Below, in pieces: positions 50,974-61,301 of a stretch of DNA of 64,000 bases (within the stretch, counting starts at the first letter, position 1; the number at the start of each line of letters is the position of its first letter). Source of the stretch: an uncultured Alphaproteobacteria bacterium (GTDB lineage Bacteria > Pseudomonadota > Alphaproteobacteria > UBA8366 > JADFVY01); NCBI GenBank assembly GCA_947259795.1, contig CAMYNJ010000139.1:7850-71849 (forward strand), read 5' to 3'. A program made the translations under genes and the position numbers. The notes under the pieces are model-generated. The model ran no database searches, had not been told where the DNA came from, and saw nothing but the letters and a program-made list of their open reading frames with translations.

Positions 50974-53900
50974 TCAGGCGGTCTTTGCGTCGAGGCTTGC
51001 CGTCGATACGGGATGTTCCAGCCGGTTCAGCATTTCTTTCGGTACGACCTGCCAGAAATTCCGTTTCTCCTCGTCCCAGTTCCGCAGGATCCGGTCGGCC
51101 CAGCGCGAGTGTGTCTCCTCGACATGGCGTTCGATCAACTCGCGGCACTGTTCTTCCCAGTAGCCCGCCTCGATGCGCTGCCAGATTACGGCGTCCGGGT
51201 TGACGCGGATCTCGAAATCCTCCGCTTCGTCATAGACGAAGGCCATGCCGCCCGTCATGCCGGCCGCGAAATTGTCGCCGACCGATCCCAGGATCACGGC
51301 CATGCCGGCCGTCATGTATTCGCAGCCGTTGGAGCCGCAGCCCTCGATGACCGTCACGGCGCCGGAGTTGCGCACCGCGAAACGTTCGCCGGCCTGGCCG
51401 GCAGCGAACAGGCTGCCGGCGGTCGCGCCATAGAGCACGGTATTGCCGATAATCGTATTTTCGTTCGATATCAGCGGGCTGGACACCATCGGCCGGACCA
51501 CGATCTCGCCGCCCGAAAGGCCCTTGCCGACATAGTCGTTGGCATCGCCGAAGACCACCAGCTTCATGCCCTGAACGGTCCAGGCGCCGAGCGACTGGCC
51601 GGCGGAGCCACGCAGCCGCACGGTAAGATGGCCGGGGTTGAGCCCCGTCATGCCGAACTGGCGGGTGATCTTCGAGCTCATCTTGGTGCCCACCGCGCGG
51701 TTGGTGTTCCTGACGTTATAGGTAAGCTGCATCTTCTCGCCCGCCTCGAACAGCGGTCCGGCATCCGCGATCATCTGGGCGTCCAGGGTTTCCGGCACCT
51801 CGTTGCGGCCCTTCAGCGAGAAATAGCTGGGATGGCCGCCGGTATCCGACTTCACCAGCAGCGGGTTCAGGTCCAGATCGTCCAGATGTTCCGATCCCCG
51901 GCTGACCTGGGTCAGGAGGTCGGTGCGGCCGATCACCTCGTTGATCGAGCGCGCGCCAAGCAAGGCCAGAATCTCGCGAACCTCCTCGGCCAGGAAGCTG
52001 AACAGGTTGACCACCTTCTCGGGCGTGCCGGTGAACCGGGCGCGCAGTTCCGGCTTCTGTGTGCAGACGCCGACCGGGCATTTGTTGGTATGGCACTGGC
52101 GCACCATGATGCAGCCCATGGCCACCAGCGAGCCGGTGCCCACGCCATATTCCTCCGCCCCCAGGATCGCGGCGATCACCACGTCGCGGCCGGTCTTGAT
52201 GCCACCGTCGGTGCGCAGCCGCACGCGGTGGCGCAGCCGGTTCAGGGTCAGCACCTGATGCACCTCGGCCAGGCCCATCTCCCAAGGCAGCCCGGCATAT
52301 TTGATCGAGGTCTGCGGCGAGGCGCCGGTGCCGCCGTTATGTCCGGATATCAGGATAATGTCGGCGTTGGCCTTGGCGACGCCGGCCGCGATGGTGCCGA
52401 TGCCGGAACGCGACACCAGCTTCACGCAGACCTTTGCGTCCGGGTTGATCTGCTTCAGATCGTAGATCAGCTGGGCCAGGTCCTCGATCGAATAGATATC
52501 GTGATGCGGCGGCGGCGAGATCAGCATCACGCCTTCCGTCGAGTGGCGCAGGCGGGCGATCATCTCGGTCACCTTGAAACCGGGAAGCTGCCCGCCCTCG
52601 CCGGGCTTGGCGCCCTGTGCCACCTTGATCTCGATCTCGCGGCACATGTTCAGATATTCGGCCGTGACGCCGAACCGGCCCGAGGCCACCTGCTTGATCG
52701 CCGAATTGGGATTGTCGCCGTTGGCGTTCGGCTTGTAGCGCGCCGGATCCTCGCCGCCCTCGCCGGAATCCGACTTGGCGCCAATGCGGTTCATGGCGAT
52801 GTTGAGGGTGCCGTGCGCCTCCGGGCCCAAGGCGCCGAGAGACATGCCGGGCGTGACGAAGCGCTTGCGGATCGCGGTGATCGACTCGACCTCCTCGATC
52901 GGTATCGGTTCGATTCCCGCCGCCTTGAAGTCCAGCAGATCGCGCAGATTGCTCGGCGGTTGGCTATGCACCCCTTCGGAGAACTTGCGGTAGGTGGTGT
53001 AGGAGTCCGTCGCCACCGCATGCTGCAGGGTGTGGATCAGCCCGGCTTCCCAGGCATGGCTCTCACCGCCGCGGCGGTAGCGGTAGAAACCGCCCACCGG
53101 CAGCGCAACGAAATCCTCGTTCCAGGCGCGCTCGTGCAGGGCCAGCACCTTTTCCTGAATGCCCAGGAGGCCGATCCCGGACAGGCGGCTCGGCATCGGC
53201 ATGAAGAACTCGTCGACGAGGGTGCGCGACAGGCCAAGCGCCTCGAAGTTGCAGCCGCCACGGTAGGAGGAGATCACCGCGATGCCCATCTTGGACATGA
53301 TCTTCAAAAGACCCTCGTCGACCGCCTTGATGTAGCTCTGCACGCAGTCTTCCAGCGAGCGGTCGCCGAACAGGCCGCGGCGATGGCGCTCGGCAATCGA
53401 TTCCTGTGCCAGATAGGCGTTCACCGCCGTCGCGCCGACACCGATCAGCACCGCGAAGTAGTGCGTGTCGAGGCATTCGCCGGAGCGCACGTTCAGGGAG
53501 ACAAAAGTACGCAGCTTCTGGCGCACCAGATGAGTATGCACCGCGCCGGTCGCCAGGATCATCGGGATCGCGGCGCGTCCGGCGCCGACCGCTTCGTCGG
53601 ACAGCATCACGTGCTCGCAACCCTCGCGCACCGCGTTCTCCGCCTCCTGGCGGATGCGGTCCAGCGCGCCGGCCAGTGCCGACTCGCCGCCGCCGAGCGC
53701 GAAGGTGCAGTCGATGCTGGTCGAAGTCTCGCCCATATGCACCAGCATGGCGTCGAATTCGGCATTGGACAGCACCGGCGATTCGAGCTGCAGCATGCGC
53801 AGCTGCGCCTCGTCCTCGTCCAGGATGTTGCCGAGATTGCCGAGCCGGGTCTTGAGGGTCATGACCCGCCGTTCGCGCAGCGAGTCGATCGGCGGATTGG

Positions 53901-55551
53901 TGACCTGGCTGAAGTTCTGACGGAAGAAGTGGTGCATGCCACGGTAGCGATCCGACAGCACCGCCAGCGGCGTATCGTCGCCCATGGAGCCGATCGCCTC
54001 CTTGGCGTCGTCCACCATCGGATGGAGGATCAGCTCCAGGTCTTCCATGGTCAGGCCGTAGTTGAGCTGACGGCGGCGCAGCGCCTCGCCTTCCCAGCGG
54101 GTCGGCTCGCCATGGTCCGGGCGCAGCAGGTCATCGATGGAGGTGACGTTGACGATCCAGTCGCCGAAGGGCTTCTGGTCGGCCAGATAGTCCTTGATCT
54201 CGCCGTCGTGGTAGAGCTTGCCGTCTTGCAGGTCGACGGCGAGCATCTGGCCGGGCCCGAGGCGGCCCTTCTCGATGACGTTCTGCTCGTCGATGCGCAC
54301 CATGCCGGTCTCCGAGCCGGCGAACAGCAGACCGTCCTTGGTAATGCTGTAGCGCATCGGCCTGAGACCGTTGCGGTCCAAGCCCGCGACCGCCCAGCGG
54401 CCGCCGAAACCGCAGACCGCCGCCGGTCCGTCCCAGGGCTCCATCACCGTGTTGCAGTAGCTGTAGAGATCGCGGTGCGCCTGGACCATCGAGGGGTCCT
54501 GGCCCCAGGCCTCCGGGATCAGCATGGTCTTCACCATCGGCAGGTCGCGCCCGGCGCGGACCATCAACTCGGCCACCGCATCGAGGGCGGCGGAGTCCGA
54601 CAGGCCGGCGGAGATCACCGGCTTCAGGTCCTCGACATGGTCAGCGAAGGTTTCCGACGCCATACGGCACTCGTGCGCCTGCATCCAGTTGACGTTGCCC
54701 TTCAGGGTATTGATCTCGCCGTTGTGGGCGAGGATGCGGAAGGGCTGGGCCAGGCGCCAGGTCGGGAATGTATTGGTCGAATAGCGCTGATGGAAGATCA
54801 CGAAGTTGGACGCGAAACGGTCGTCCAGCAGATCGGGATAGAAGGACGACAGCTGCTCGGCCAGGAACATGCCCTTGTAGATGATCGAGCGGCAGGACAG
54901 CGAGCAAATGTAGAAGTCCTGAATCGATTCCAGCTCGGCCGCCTTCTCGATGCGCCGGCGGATGATGTAGAGGTCGATCTCGAACTGCGGGTTCGGCACG
55001 CCGCGCGAATTGGCGATCATCACCTGCTCGATTTCGGGACGCGTCGAGTTGGCCTTTTCGCCGACGATCTCGGTATTCACCGGCACCTGGCGCCAACCGT
55101 AGATGCGATAGCCGAAGTTCAGAATCTCGCGTTCCACCAGCACGCGGCAGCGCTCCTGCGCGCCGAAGTCGGTGCGTGGCAGGAACACCATGCCGACCGC
55201 CAAGGCCTGCTTGTCCGGGTCATGCCCGGTGCGCGCGACATGCTCGCGGAAGAAGTTCTGCGGGATCTGCAAGTGAATGCCGGCGCCGTCGCCGGTCTTG
55301 CCGTCGGCGTCGATGGCGCCGCGGTGCCACACCGCCTTCAACGCCTCGATGCCGGCGACCACCACGTCGCGCCGCGGAGAGCCGTCGAGGGAGGCAACGA
55401 GGCCGACGCCGCAGGCATCGTGTTCGTCGGCCGGGTCGTAGAGCCCCTGGCTGCCGAGCTGCGCGGCGTTGCGCTTCCAGGCCGCGGCAAAGTCTTCGCC
55501 TTGTCCGCTGTTGGGCCCGTTGCGGGGCGTGAGGGGTCGCTGTTTCGTCAT
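50974..55551 (-). CDS. gltB: Glutamate synthase large subunit
   Basis: Ntn-amidotransferase Cys (EHDACGVGLVA), FMN and 3Fe-4S regions, and the C-terminal GXGXG beta-helix. Start taken at ATG 55551 (MTKQRP, about 1525 aa); the longest ORF starts at 55677. Confidence 0.97.
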   Translation of the reverse strand: MTKQRPLTPRNGPNSGQGEDFAAAWKRNAAQLGSQGLYDPADEHDACGVGLVASLDGSPRRDVVVAGIEALKAVWHRGAIDADGKTGDGAGIHLQIPQNFFREHVARTGHDPDKQALAVGMVFLPRTDFGAQERCRVLVEREILNFGYRIYGWRQVPVNTEIVGEKANSTRPEIEQVMIANSRGVPNPQFEIDLYIIRRRIEKAAELESIQDFYICSLSCRSIIYKGMFLAEQLSSFYPDLLDDRFASNFVIFHQRYSTNTFPTWRLAQPFRILAHNGEINTLKGNVNWMQAHECRMASETFADHVEDLKPVISAGLSDSAALDAVAELMVRAGRDLPMVKTMLIPEAWGQDPSMVQAHRDLYSYCNTVMEPWDGPAAVCGFGGRWAVAGLDRNGLRPMRYSITKDGLLFAGSETGMVRIDEQNVIEKGRLGPGQMLAVDLQDGKLYHDGEIKDYLADQKPFGDWIVNVTSIDDLLRPDHGEPTRWEGEALRRRQLNYGLTMEDLELILHPMVDDAKEAIGSMGDDTPLAVLSDRYRGMHHFFRQNFSQVTNPPIDSLRERRVMTLKTRLGNLGNILDEDEAQLRMLQLESPVLSNAEFDAMLVHMGETSTSIDCTFALGGGESALAGALDRIRQEAENAVREGCEHVMLSDEAVGAGRAAIPMILATGAVHTHLVRQKLRTFVSLNVRSGECLDTHYFAVLIGVGATAVNAYLAQESIAERHRRGLFGDRSLEDCVQSYIKAVDEGLLKIMSKMGIAVISSYRGGCNFEALGLSRTLVDEFFMPMPSRLSGIGLLGIQEKVLALHERAWNEDFVALPVGGFYRYRRGGESHAWEAGLIHTLQHAVATDSYTTYRKFSEGVHSQPPSNLRDLLDFKAAGIEPIPIEEVESITAIRKRFVTPGMSLGALGPEAHGTLNIAMNRIGAKSDSGEGGEDPARYKPNANGDNPNSAIKQVASGRFGVTAEYLNMCREIEIKVAQGAKPGEGGQLPGFKVTEMIARLRHSTEGVMLISPPPHHDIYSIEDLAQLIYDLKQINPDAKVCVKLVSRSGIGTIAAGVAKANADIILISGHNGGTGASPQTSIKYAGLPWEMGLAEVHQVLTLNRLRHRVRLRTDGGIKTGRDVVIAAILGAEEYGVGTGSLVAMGCIMVRQCHTNKCPVGVCTQKPELRARFTGTPEKVVNLFSFLAEEVREILALLGARSINEVIGRTDLLTQVSRGSEHLDDLDLNPLLVKSDTGGHPSYFSLKGRNEVPETLDAQMIADAGPLFEAGEKMQLTYNVRNTNRAVGTKMSSKITRQFGMTGLNPGHLTVRLRGSAGQSLGAWTVQGMKLVVFGDANDYVGKGLSGGEIVVRPMVSSPLISNENTIIGNTVLYGATAGSLFAAGQAGERFAVRNSGAVTVIEGCGSNGCEYMTAGMAVILGSVGDNFAAGMTGGMAFVYDEAEDFEIRVNPDAVIWQRIEAGYWEEQCRELIERHVEETHSRWADRILRNWDEEKRNFWQVVPKEMLNRLEHPVSTASLDAKTA

Positions 55552-55570
55552 GTCTTTATCTCCCCAGACC

Positions 55571-56957
55571 TTACTCGGCCGCTTCGGCGGCGGCCGTGGC
55601 CTTGGCCTGGATGTAGTGATGAATTTGTTCCGCGGCGTCGCGCCCGTCGCGCACCGCCCAGACGACGAGCGAGGCACCGCGCACGATGTCGCCGACGGCG
55701 AAGACGCCGTCGAGCGAGGTCATCGAGGTATTGAAGTTGACCCGCACCGTGCCCCAGCGGCTGACCTCCAGACCCTCGGTGTCGAACAGCTTGGGCAGGT
55801 CTTCCGGATCGAAACCGAGCGCCTTGATCACCATGTCGGCCTCGACCGTGAAGCTGGAGTCTTCGATAATCTGCGGCGTCTGCCGGCCGGTGGCATCGGG
55901 CATGCCGAGGTGCACGCGCTGGGCACGCACCGCCTCCACCTTGCCGTTGCCGAGAAAGGCTTCGGGTGCCGACAGCCAGAGGAACTCGACGCCCTCCTCT
56001 TCGGCGTTGGCCACTTCGCGCTGCGAACCCGGCATGTTCTTGCGGTCGCGGCGGTAGAGGCAGCGCACCGACTTGGCGCCCTGACGCACCGCCGTGCGCA
56101 CGCAGTCCATGGCGGTGTCGCCGCCGCCGATCACCACCACCGCCTTGCCCTCGGCATCCAGGGTGCCGTCGTCGAAGGCCGGCACGTCATCGCCCAGGCC
56201 CTTGCGGTTGGAGGCCGTGAGGAAGTCCATGGCCGGGAAGACGTTCTGCAGGCCGACGCCCGGCAGCTTGATGTCGCGCGCCTTGTAGACGCCGGTGGCG
56301 ATCAGCACCGCGTCGTGTTTCTTGCGCAGATCGGCGAAGTTCTCGGCGTTGCCGACGTCGCAGTTGAGATGGAACTGCACCCCGCCGCGCACCAGCAGGT
56401 CGCTGCGCCGCTCGACCACGTCTTTTTCCAGCTTGAAGTTGGGGATGCCGTAAATCATCAGGCCGCCGACCCGGTCGTAGCGGTCGTAGACATGCACCTC
56501 GTAGCCCTTGCGGCGCAGTTGCTCCGCCGCGGCCAGGCCGCCGGGGCCGGCGCCGACGATGCCCACCGACTGCGAACGTTCGCGCACCGGCTTCACCGGT
56601 TTGACCCAACCCTCTTCCCAGGCGGTATCGGTGATGTACTTCTCGACCGAGCCGATGGTGACCGTGCCGTGGCCGGCCTGCTCGATCACACAGTTGCCTT
56701 CGCAGAGCCGGTCCTGCGGGCAGATCCGCCCGCAGATTTCCCGTCAGCATCAGCCAGTCCGGGATATTGTTATGCAGCGGACAGTGGACCTGACAGAACG
56801 GCACCCCGCACTGCGAGCAGCGGCTGGACTGTTCGGCGGCACCCTTGGGGTCGTATTCCTGATAAATCTCACCGAAATCGCGGCGGCGCGTGTCCGCGCT
56901 GCGCTTGCCCGGCATGGCGCGCGCCAGATGCACGAATTTCAACATTCTGCTGGCCAT
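55571..56957 (-). pseudogene. gltD: Glutamate synthase small subunit, reading frame broken near nt 56738-56743
   Basis: The N-terminal 72 codons (MASRMLKFVHL...CSQCGVPFCQVHCP...IPDWLMLT) are in one frame. The remainder (EICGRICPQDRLCEGNCVIEQ...GAGPGGLAAA...GGGDTAMDC) is in another. The total span of 1387 nt is not a multiple of 3. Confidence 0.8.
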
Positions 56958-57298
56958 AAGCTTCGATCCCAAAAAATCTCTTCGATCCGCTTCGCTTGGC
57001 GGCGGTTGGCGCCCCGCTGCAGCCTTCGGACAGAGGAAGACCGCCATCGGGGGCGCTCGTCTATAGACGAAGGCCCCGCAGCTTACGAGGAAAAAAGGCC
57101 AGAAAGGGCAGATATACTGACCTATAGATACCTAGGAAGCTCTCTTATATCAGAAGTGCGCGCCGCCCGGCGACCGTATTCCGATCTTTAGTCCCATCAT
57201 GAGACTAAATTGAGGTGCGATAACATTAACCAAGGGGTGCTATAAGCGCGCCGAAACTCACCGCAGGCCACCGCCCATCGGCCCTTCGACTGGGCAAG

Positions 57299-58186
57299 GT
57301 GCCTCGATACAACCCGCCGCCTGGATCGCGTTCCACTGGGGACTACCGCTTGTCGCTCTTGCACGTTGTGATCCTGGCCATCGTTCAGGGCATCACCGAA
57401 TTCCTACCTATTTCTTCCTCGGGGCACCTGGTGCTGGCCTGGGAAGCCTTCGACGTGGCCGGCATGGCCGCCATAGAACAGGCCCAGAGCGATCGCCTGA
57501 CCCTGGACATCGCCGTTCACGTCGGCACCCTGGCGGCGGTTTGCGTCTATGCCTGGCGGGAAATCGGTCAAATGGCCGGCGGTCTGGCCCGCCTGGCCGT
57601 CGGCCGCTGGACCCCCGGCGCACGGCTCGCCGCCCTGGTGCTGGTCAGCACCCTGCCGCTGATCCTGGTCGGCGGCCTGTTCAAGGACACGGTCACTGCC
57701 GAGTTGCGCGATACCGCGATAGTGGCCTGGGCGACCATCGGCTTCGGCATCGTGCTCTACATCGCCGACCGCAGCGCCATGACCTTCCGGCGCATCGATC
57801 ACATGACCTTCAGCGCCGGGATGATCATCGGCCTGGCCCAGGTCCTGGCGCTGATCCCGGGCACCAGCCGTTCCGGCATCACCATGACGGCGGCGCGCTT
57901 TCTCGGCTTCGAGCGGGTCGAGGCGGCGCGCTTCTCGCTCCTGCTGGCAATCCCGGCGATCCTCGGCGCGGGCAGCCTGGCGGGCTACGACCTCTATGAG
58001 AGCGGCAATGTGGTGCTGGGCCATGAAGCGCTGGTCGGCGCCGTTGTGGCCTTCGTGGTGGCGCTGCTGTCCATCATGCTGATGATCGGCTGGCTGCGCC
58101 GGGCCTCCTTCACACCCTTCGTGCTCTATCGCATCCTACTGGGCGCGGCACTGCTGTGGTGGGTTTACGGCACCGGCGGCGCCTGA
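57299..58186 (+). CDS. uppP: Undecaprenyl-diphosphate phosphatase
   Basis: GITEFLPISSSGHL motif and PGTSRSG motif. The true start is probably downstream of GTG 57299 (for example a TTG near 57349). Confidence 0.9.
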   Translation: MPRYNPPPGSRSTGDYRLSLLHVVILAIVQGITEFLPISSSGHLVLAWEAFDVAGMAAIEQAQSDRLTLDIAVHVGTLAAVCVYAWREIGQMAGGLARLAVGRWTPGARLAALVLVSTLPLILVGGLFKDTVTAELRDTAIVAWATIGFGIVLYIADRSAMTFRRIDHMTFSAGMIIGLAQVLALIPGTSRSGITMTAARFLGFERVEAARFSLLLAIPAILGAGSLAGYDLYESGNVVLGHEALVGAVVAFVVALLSIMLMIGWLRRASFTPFVLYRILLGAALLWWVYGTGGA

Positions 58187-58219
58187 AGGCTCCGGCCCGG
58201 CAGGGCCAAGGCCGGCGGG

Positions 58220-59170
58220 TCAGAGGGCCTGCGGCCGGTTGAAGCGTCCGCCGCTGCGGTACTTGTCCAGATAACCCGGAATTACCGTCTCCGCCGCGGT
58301 CGCCTCGATGCCGAGGTCGGCCAAGGTCAGCGATCCCTCAGACACCACGTTGTCCTGGCGCAGCAGAGTGACCTGGTCGCGGGTCAGCGGCGGCTTCGGC
58401 AGCAGTTCCAGGAAGGTCGCCTGCAGGCGCGCCAACCCGAAGGGCAGGCTGACCAGCGCCCGCTTGCGGTCGATGGCCTTCACCAGCAGCTGCATCAGCT
58501 CCTTGAAGCTGTAGATCTTGGGGCCGCCCAGTTCGTAGACCTTGCCGCGGCAGGCCGGATCGCCGAGCGCCTTGACCACCGCGCGCGCCACGTCGCCCAC
58601 GTAGACCGGCTGAAAACGGGTCCCGCCCCCGCCGATCAGCGGCAGCACCGGAGAGAAGCGCGCCATCTCGGCGAAGCGATTGAAGAAGTCGTCCTCCGGA
58701 CCGAAAATAACGCTGGGCCGCAGGATGGTGGCCTCGGGAAAGGCGGCGCGCACCGCGTCCTCGCCTTCTCCTTTACTGCGGGCATAGGCGGAGGCGGACT
58801 CCGGCGAGGCGCCAATGGCCGACACCTGCACCAGCGACCGCACGCCGGCGGCCGCGGCGGCCGTTGCGATCGCCTTGGCGCCCTCGGTGTGCACGGCCGC
58901 GAAGCGCTGCTTACCGCTTTCGAAGAGAATGCCGGTCAGGTTCACCGCCGCGTCGGCGCCGCTCAGCGCCGCGGCCACGGCTTCGGAATCCTGCACCGGC
59001 ACACAAAGCGGCGTGATCTGGCCGATCTCGCCCAGCGGCTTCAGGAACTTGGCCTGGCCCGGGTGGCGCACCGCGACACGGATCATCCAGCCGTCGCGCG
59101 CCAGGCCCTGTACCACATAGCGGCCGAGAAAGCCGGAGCCGCCGAAAACCGTTACGATGCCGCCGCTCAT
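58220..59170 (-). CDS. NDUFA9-like NAD(P)-binding SDR-family protein
   Basis: Rossmann motif TVFGGSGFLG directly after the start. SD GAGGTGG before ATG 59170; the longest ORF starts at 59200. Confidence 0.8.
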   Translation of the reverse strand: MSGGIVTVFGGSGFLGRYVVQGLARDGWMIRVAVRHPGQAKFLKPLGEIGQITPLCVPVQDSEAVAAALSGADAAVNLTGILFESGKQRFAAVHTEGAKAIATAAAAAGVRSLVQVSAIGASPESASAYARSKGEGEDAVRAAFPEATILRPSVIFGPEDDFFNRFAEMARFSPVLPLIGGGGTRFQPVYVGDVARAVVKALGDPACRGKVYELGGPKIYSFKELMQLLVKAIDRKRALVSLPFGLARLQATFLELLPKPPLTRDQVTLLRQDNVVSEGSLTLADLGIEATAAETVIPGYLDKYRSGGRFNRPQAL

Positions 59171-59357
59171 CACCCACCTCTTGCCTGCTAAAGCGTTCAC
59201 TTGGCAACCTATCCGGGCCGCCTGAGGACAGCTGATCGCCGTCGAGCGATATATACAAAGCCTGGGATGAAGTTGACAGCTTCAATTGACCGCCTATGTT
59301 GGGCGGCATGCCGCTGCGGCGGCCCTGCTTGCTAGATTCGGAAGACCGGTTTCATAA

Positions 59358-59978
59358 GTGGCTAAACCCGAAATTCACCTTCACAAAGGCGATCTGCCCG
59401 ACGGGCTCTCGCTCGGCAAGGCCATTGCAATCGACAGCGAGACCATGGGCCTCGACCTGGCCCGCGATCGGCTCTGCCTGCTGCAGCTTTCCGCCGGCGA
59501 CGGAGTCTGCCACCTGGTGCAGTTCGCCCTGGGCAACTATGACGCGCCCAACCTGAAGGCGCTGCTGTCCGACCCGACAATCACCAAGATCTTCCACTTC
59601 GCCCGCTTCGATCTGGCGGCAATCCGGCGTTATCTCGGCGTCGATTGCAGCCCGGTCTACTGCACGAAAATCGCCTCGAAGCTGATCCGCACCTACACCG
59701 ACCGCCACGGCCTGAAGGACCTCTGCCGCGAATTGCTGGGGGCCGAGATCTCCAAGCAGCAGCAGTCATCGGACTGGGGAGCGGCGGAATTGAGCAAAGA
59801 TCAGCTCGCCTATGCGGCATCCGACGTCTTGTATCTGCACGACCTGCGCGCCAAATTGGATGCAATGCTGGTCCGCGAGGGGCGTGACGGGCTCGCCAAA
59901 GCCTGTTTCGACTTCCTGCCGGCCCGCGCGGCGCTGGACATCGCCGGCTGGCACGACATCGACATTTTCGCCCACTAG
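59358..59978 (+). CDS. Short RNase D-like 3'-5' exonuclease (DEDDy domain only)
   Basis: Exo motifs IAIDSETMGL, KIFHFARFDL and YAASDVLYL. 206 aa, GTG start. Confidence 0.82.
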   Translation: MAKPEIHLHKGDLPDGLSLGKAIAIDSETMGLDLARDRLCLLQLSAGDGVCHLVQFALGNYDAPNLKALLSDPTITKIFHFARFDLAAIRRYLGVDCSPVYCTKIASKLIRTYTDRHGLKDLCRELLGAEISKQQQSSDWGAAELSKDQLAYAASDVLYLHDLRAKLDAMLVREGRDGLAKACFDFLPARAALDIAGWHDIDIFAH

Positions 59979-60056
59979 GTTCCGGCGCGCTTGTCCCGAT
60001 GTCGCCAAAGGGCGGATTTCCAGGCTGGATTGCCGGGCCTGATTGATCGTACAAGG

Positions 60057-60083
60057 TCTTTGGTATGGAGATCTTTGGTATGG
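60057..60083 (+). repeat. Tandem direct repeat TCTTTGGTATGG x2 (15-bp period)
   Basis: Exact 12-nt copies at 60057-60068 and 60072-60083, in the rnd-kpsF intergenic region. Confidence 0.9.
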
Positions 60084-60267
60084 GGCTTTTAACGCGCGGG
60101 GCCGCCTGTGCTACTGTGCGGCAATCCCCGCAAGACAGCGGCATTGGGGGATGCCGCTTGGGTGCGCGCCGTACCATCAGCGGGACGAGACGGCGATGAA
60201 ACCGGCCAGAACGGCCCCTTCGAAACGACATGGCCCTAGGCAACGGCCCCCGAGAGATTGAGACGGT

Positions 60268-61284
60268 ATGACGGCGCAGTTGAAGTCCGATAAAGCAGAT
60301 ACGGCAGCAGACATCGAAGTCGCGCGCCGCGTACTCGACGTCGAGGCCAAGGCCCTGACGACACTGGCCGGCACCCTGGATGGCGGCTTTGTCGACGCCG
60401 TGGTGCACCTGGCCGCCGTGGAAGGCCGCGTCATCGTCACCGGAATGGGCAAGAGCGGCCATGTCGCCCGCAAGATTGCCGCCACGCTGGCATCCACCGG
60501 CACGCCCTCGCAGTTCGTCCATCCGGGCGAGGCGAGCCACGGGGATCTCGGCATGATCACCGCCAAGGATGCGGTGATCGCGCTTTCCAACTCCGGCAAC
60601 ACGCTGGAATTGAGCGATATGATCACCTACGCCAAGCGCTTTGCCATTCCCCTGGTGGGTATGACCGCGCGGGCCGACAGCGCCCTGGCCGAGGCGGCGG
60701 ACATCGCCCTCATACTGCCCGGAGCATCCCAGGGTGCACCGGAGGCCTGCCCCATGGGCCTGGCCCCGACCACCTCCACCACGATGATGCTGGCCCTCGG
60801 CGATGCTCTGGCGGTGGCGCTGCTGGAGCGCAAGGGATTCTCGACCAGCGACTTCAAGGTGTTCCATCCCGGCGGCGCCCTGGGCAAGCGCCTGCTGCGG
60901 GTCAGCGATCTGATGCATGGTCCCGACTCCTTGCCGGTCTGCAGCCCCGACACGGTCATGTCGGAGGCCATCTTGATCATGACCGCCGGCCACTTCGGCT
61001 GCGTCGGCATCGTCGACGACAACAAGCGACTGATCGGCATCGTCACCGACGGCGATCTGCGCCGCCACATGAACCAGGAGATCTTGTCCCTGAAGGCCGC
61101 CGACATCATGACCGCCAAGCCGCGCACGATCCGCGCCTCCGCGCTGGCGGCCGAGGCCGTGTCCTTCATGAACACCAGCAACCCGCCTTTCCTCTGCGTC
61201 TTTGTGGTCGATGAAGCGGGGCCGCCGGAACGCCCGGTCGGGATCCTGCACATGCACGACTGCCTGAGCGCAGGCGTGGTCTGA
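60268..61284 (+). CDS. kpsF: Arabinose-5-phosphate isomerase (SIS + tandem CBS)
   Basis: SIS motif GMGKSGHVARKIAATLASTGTP...HGDLG and a C-terminal CBS pair. Confidence 0.92.
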   Translation: MTAQLKSDKADTAADIEVARRVLDVEAKALTTLAGTLDGGFVDAVVHLAAVEGRVIVTGMGKSGHVARKIAATLASTGTPSQFVHPGEASHGDLGMITAKDAVIALSNSGNTLELSDMITYAKRFAIPLVGMTARADSALAEAADIALILPGASQGAPEACPMGLAPTTSTTMMLALGDALAVALLERKGFSTSDFKVFHPGGALGKRLLRVSDLMHGPDSLPVCSPDTVMSEAILIMTAGHFGCVGIVDDNKRLIGIVTDGDLRRHMNQEILSLKAADIMTAKPRTIRASALAAEAVSFMNTSNPPFLCVFVVDEAGPPERPVGILHMHDCLSAGVV

Positions 61285-61301
61285 AGGAGCGAACGGCGAC
61301 C

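Noticed and set aside
50836-55734. 1632-aa ORF on the plus strand, the longest ORF in the window
   Set aside because: It is exactly antisense to gltB/gltD, which carry unambiguous GOGAT motifs. Its translation is Arg/Ala/Gly/His-rich low-complexity sequence with no motifs. This is a typical shadow ORF in high-GC DNA, where stop codons are rare in the antisense frame.
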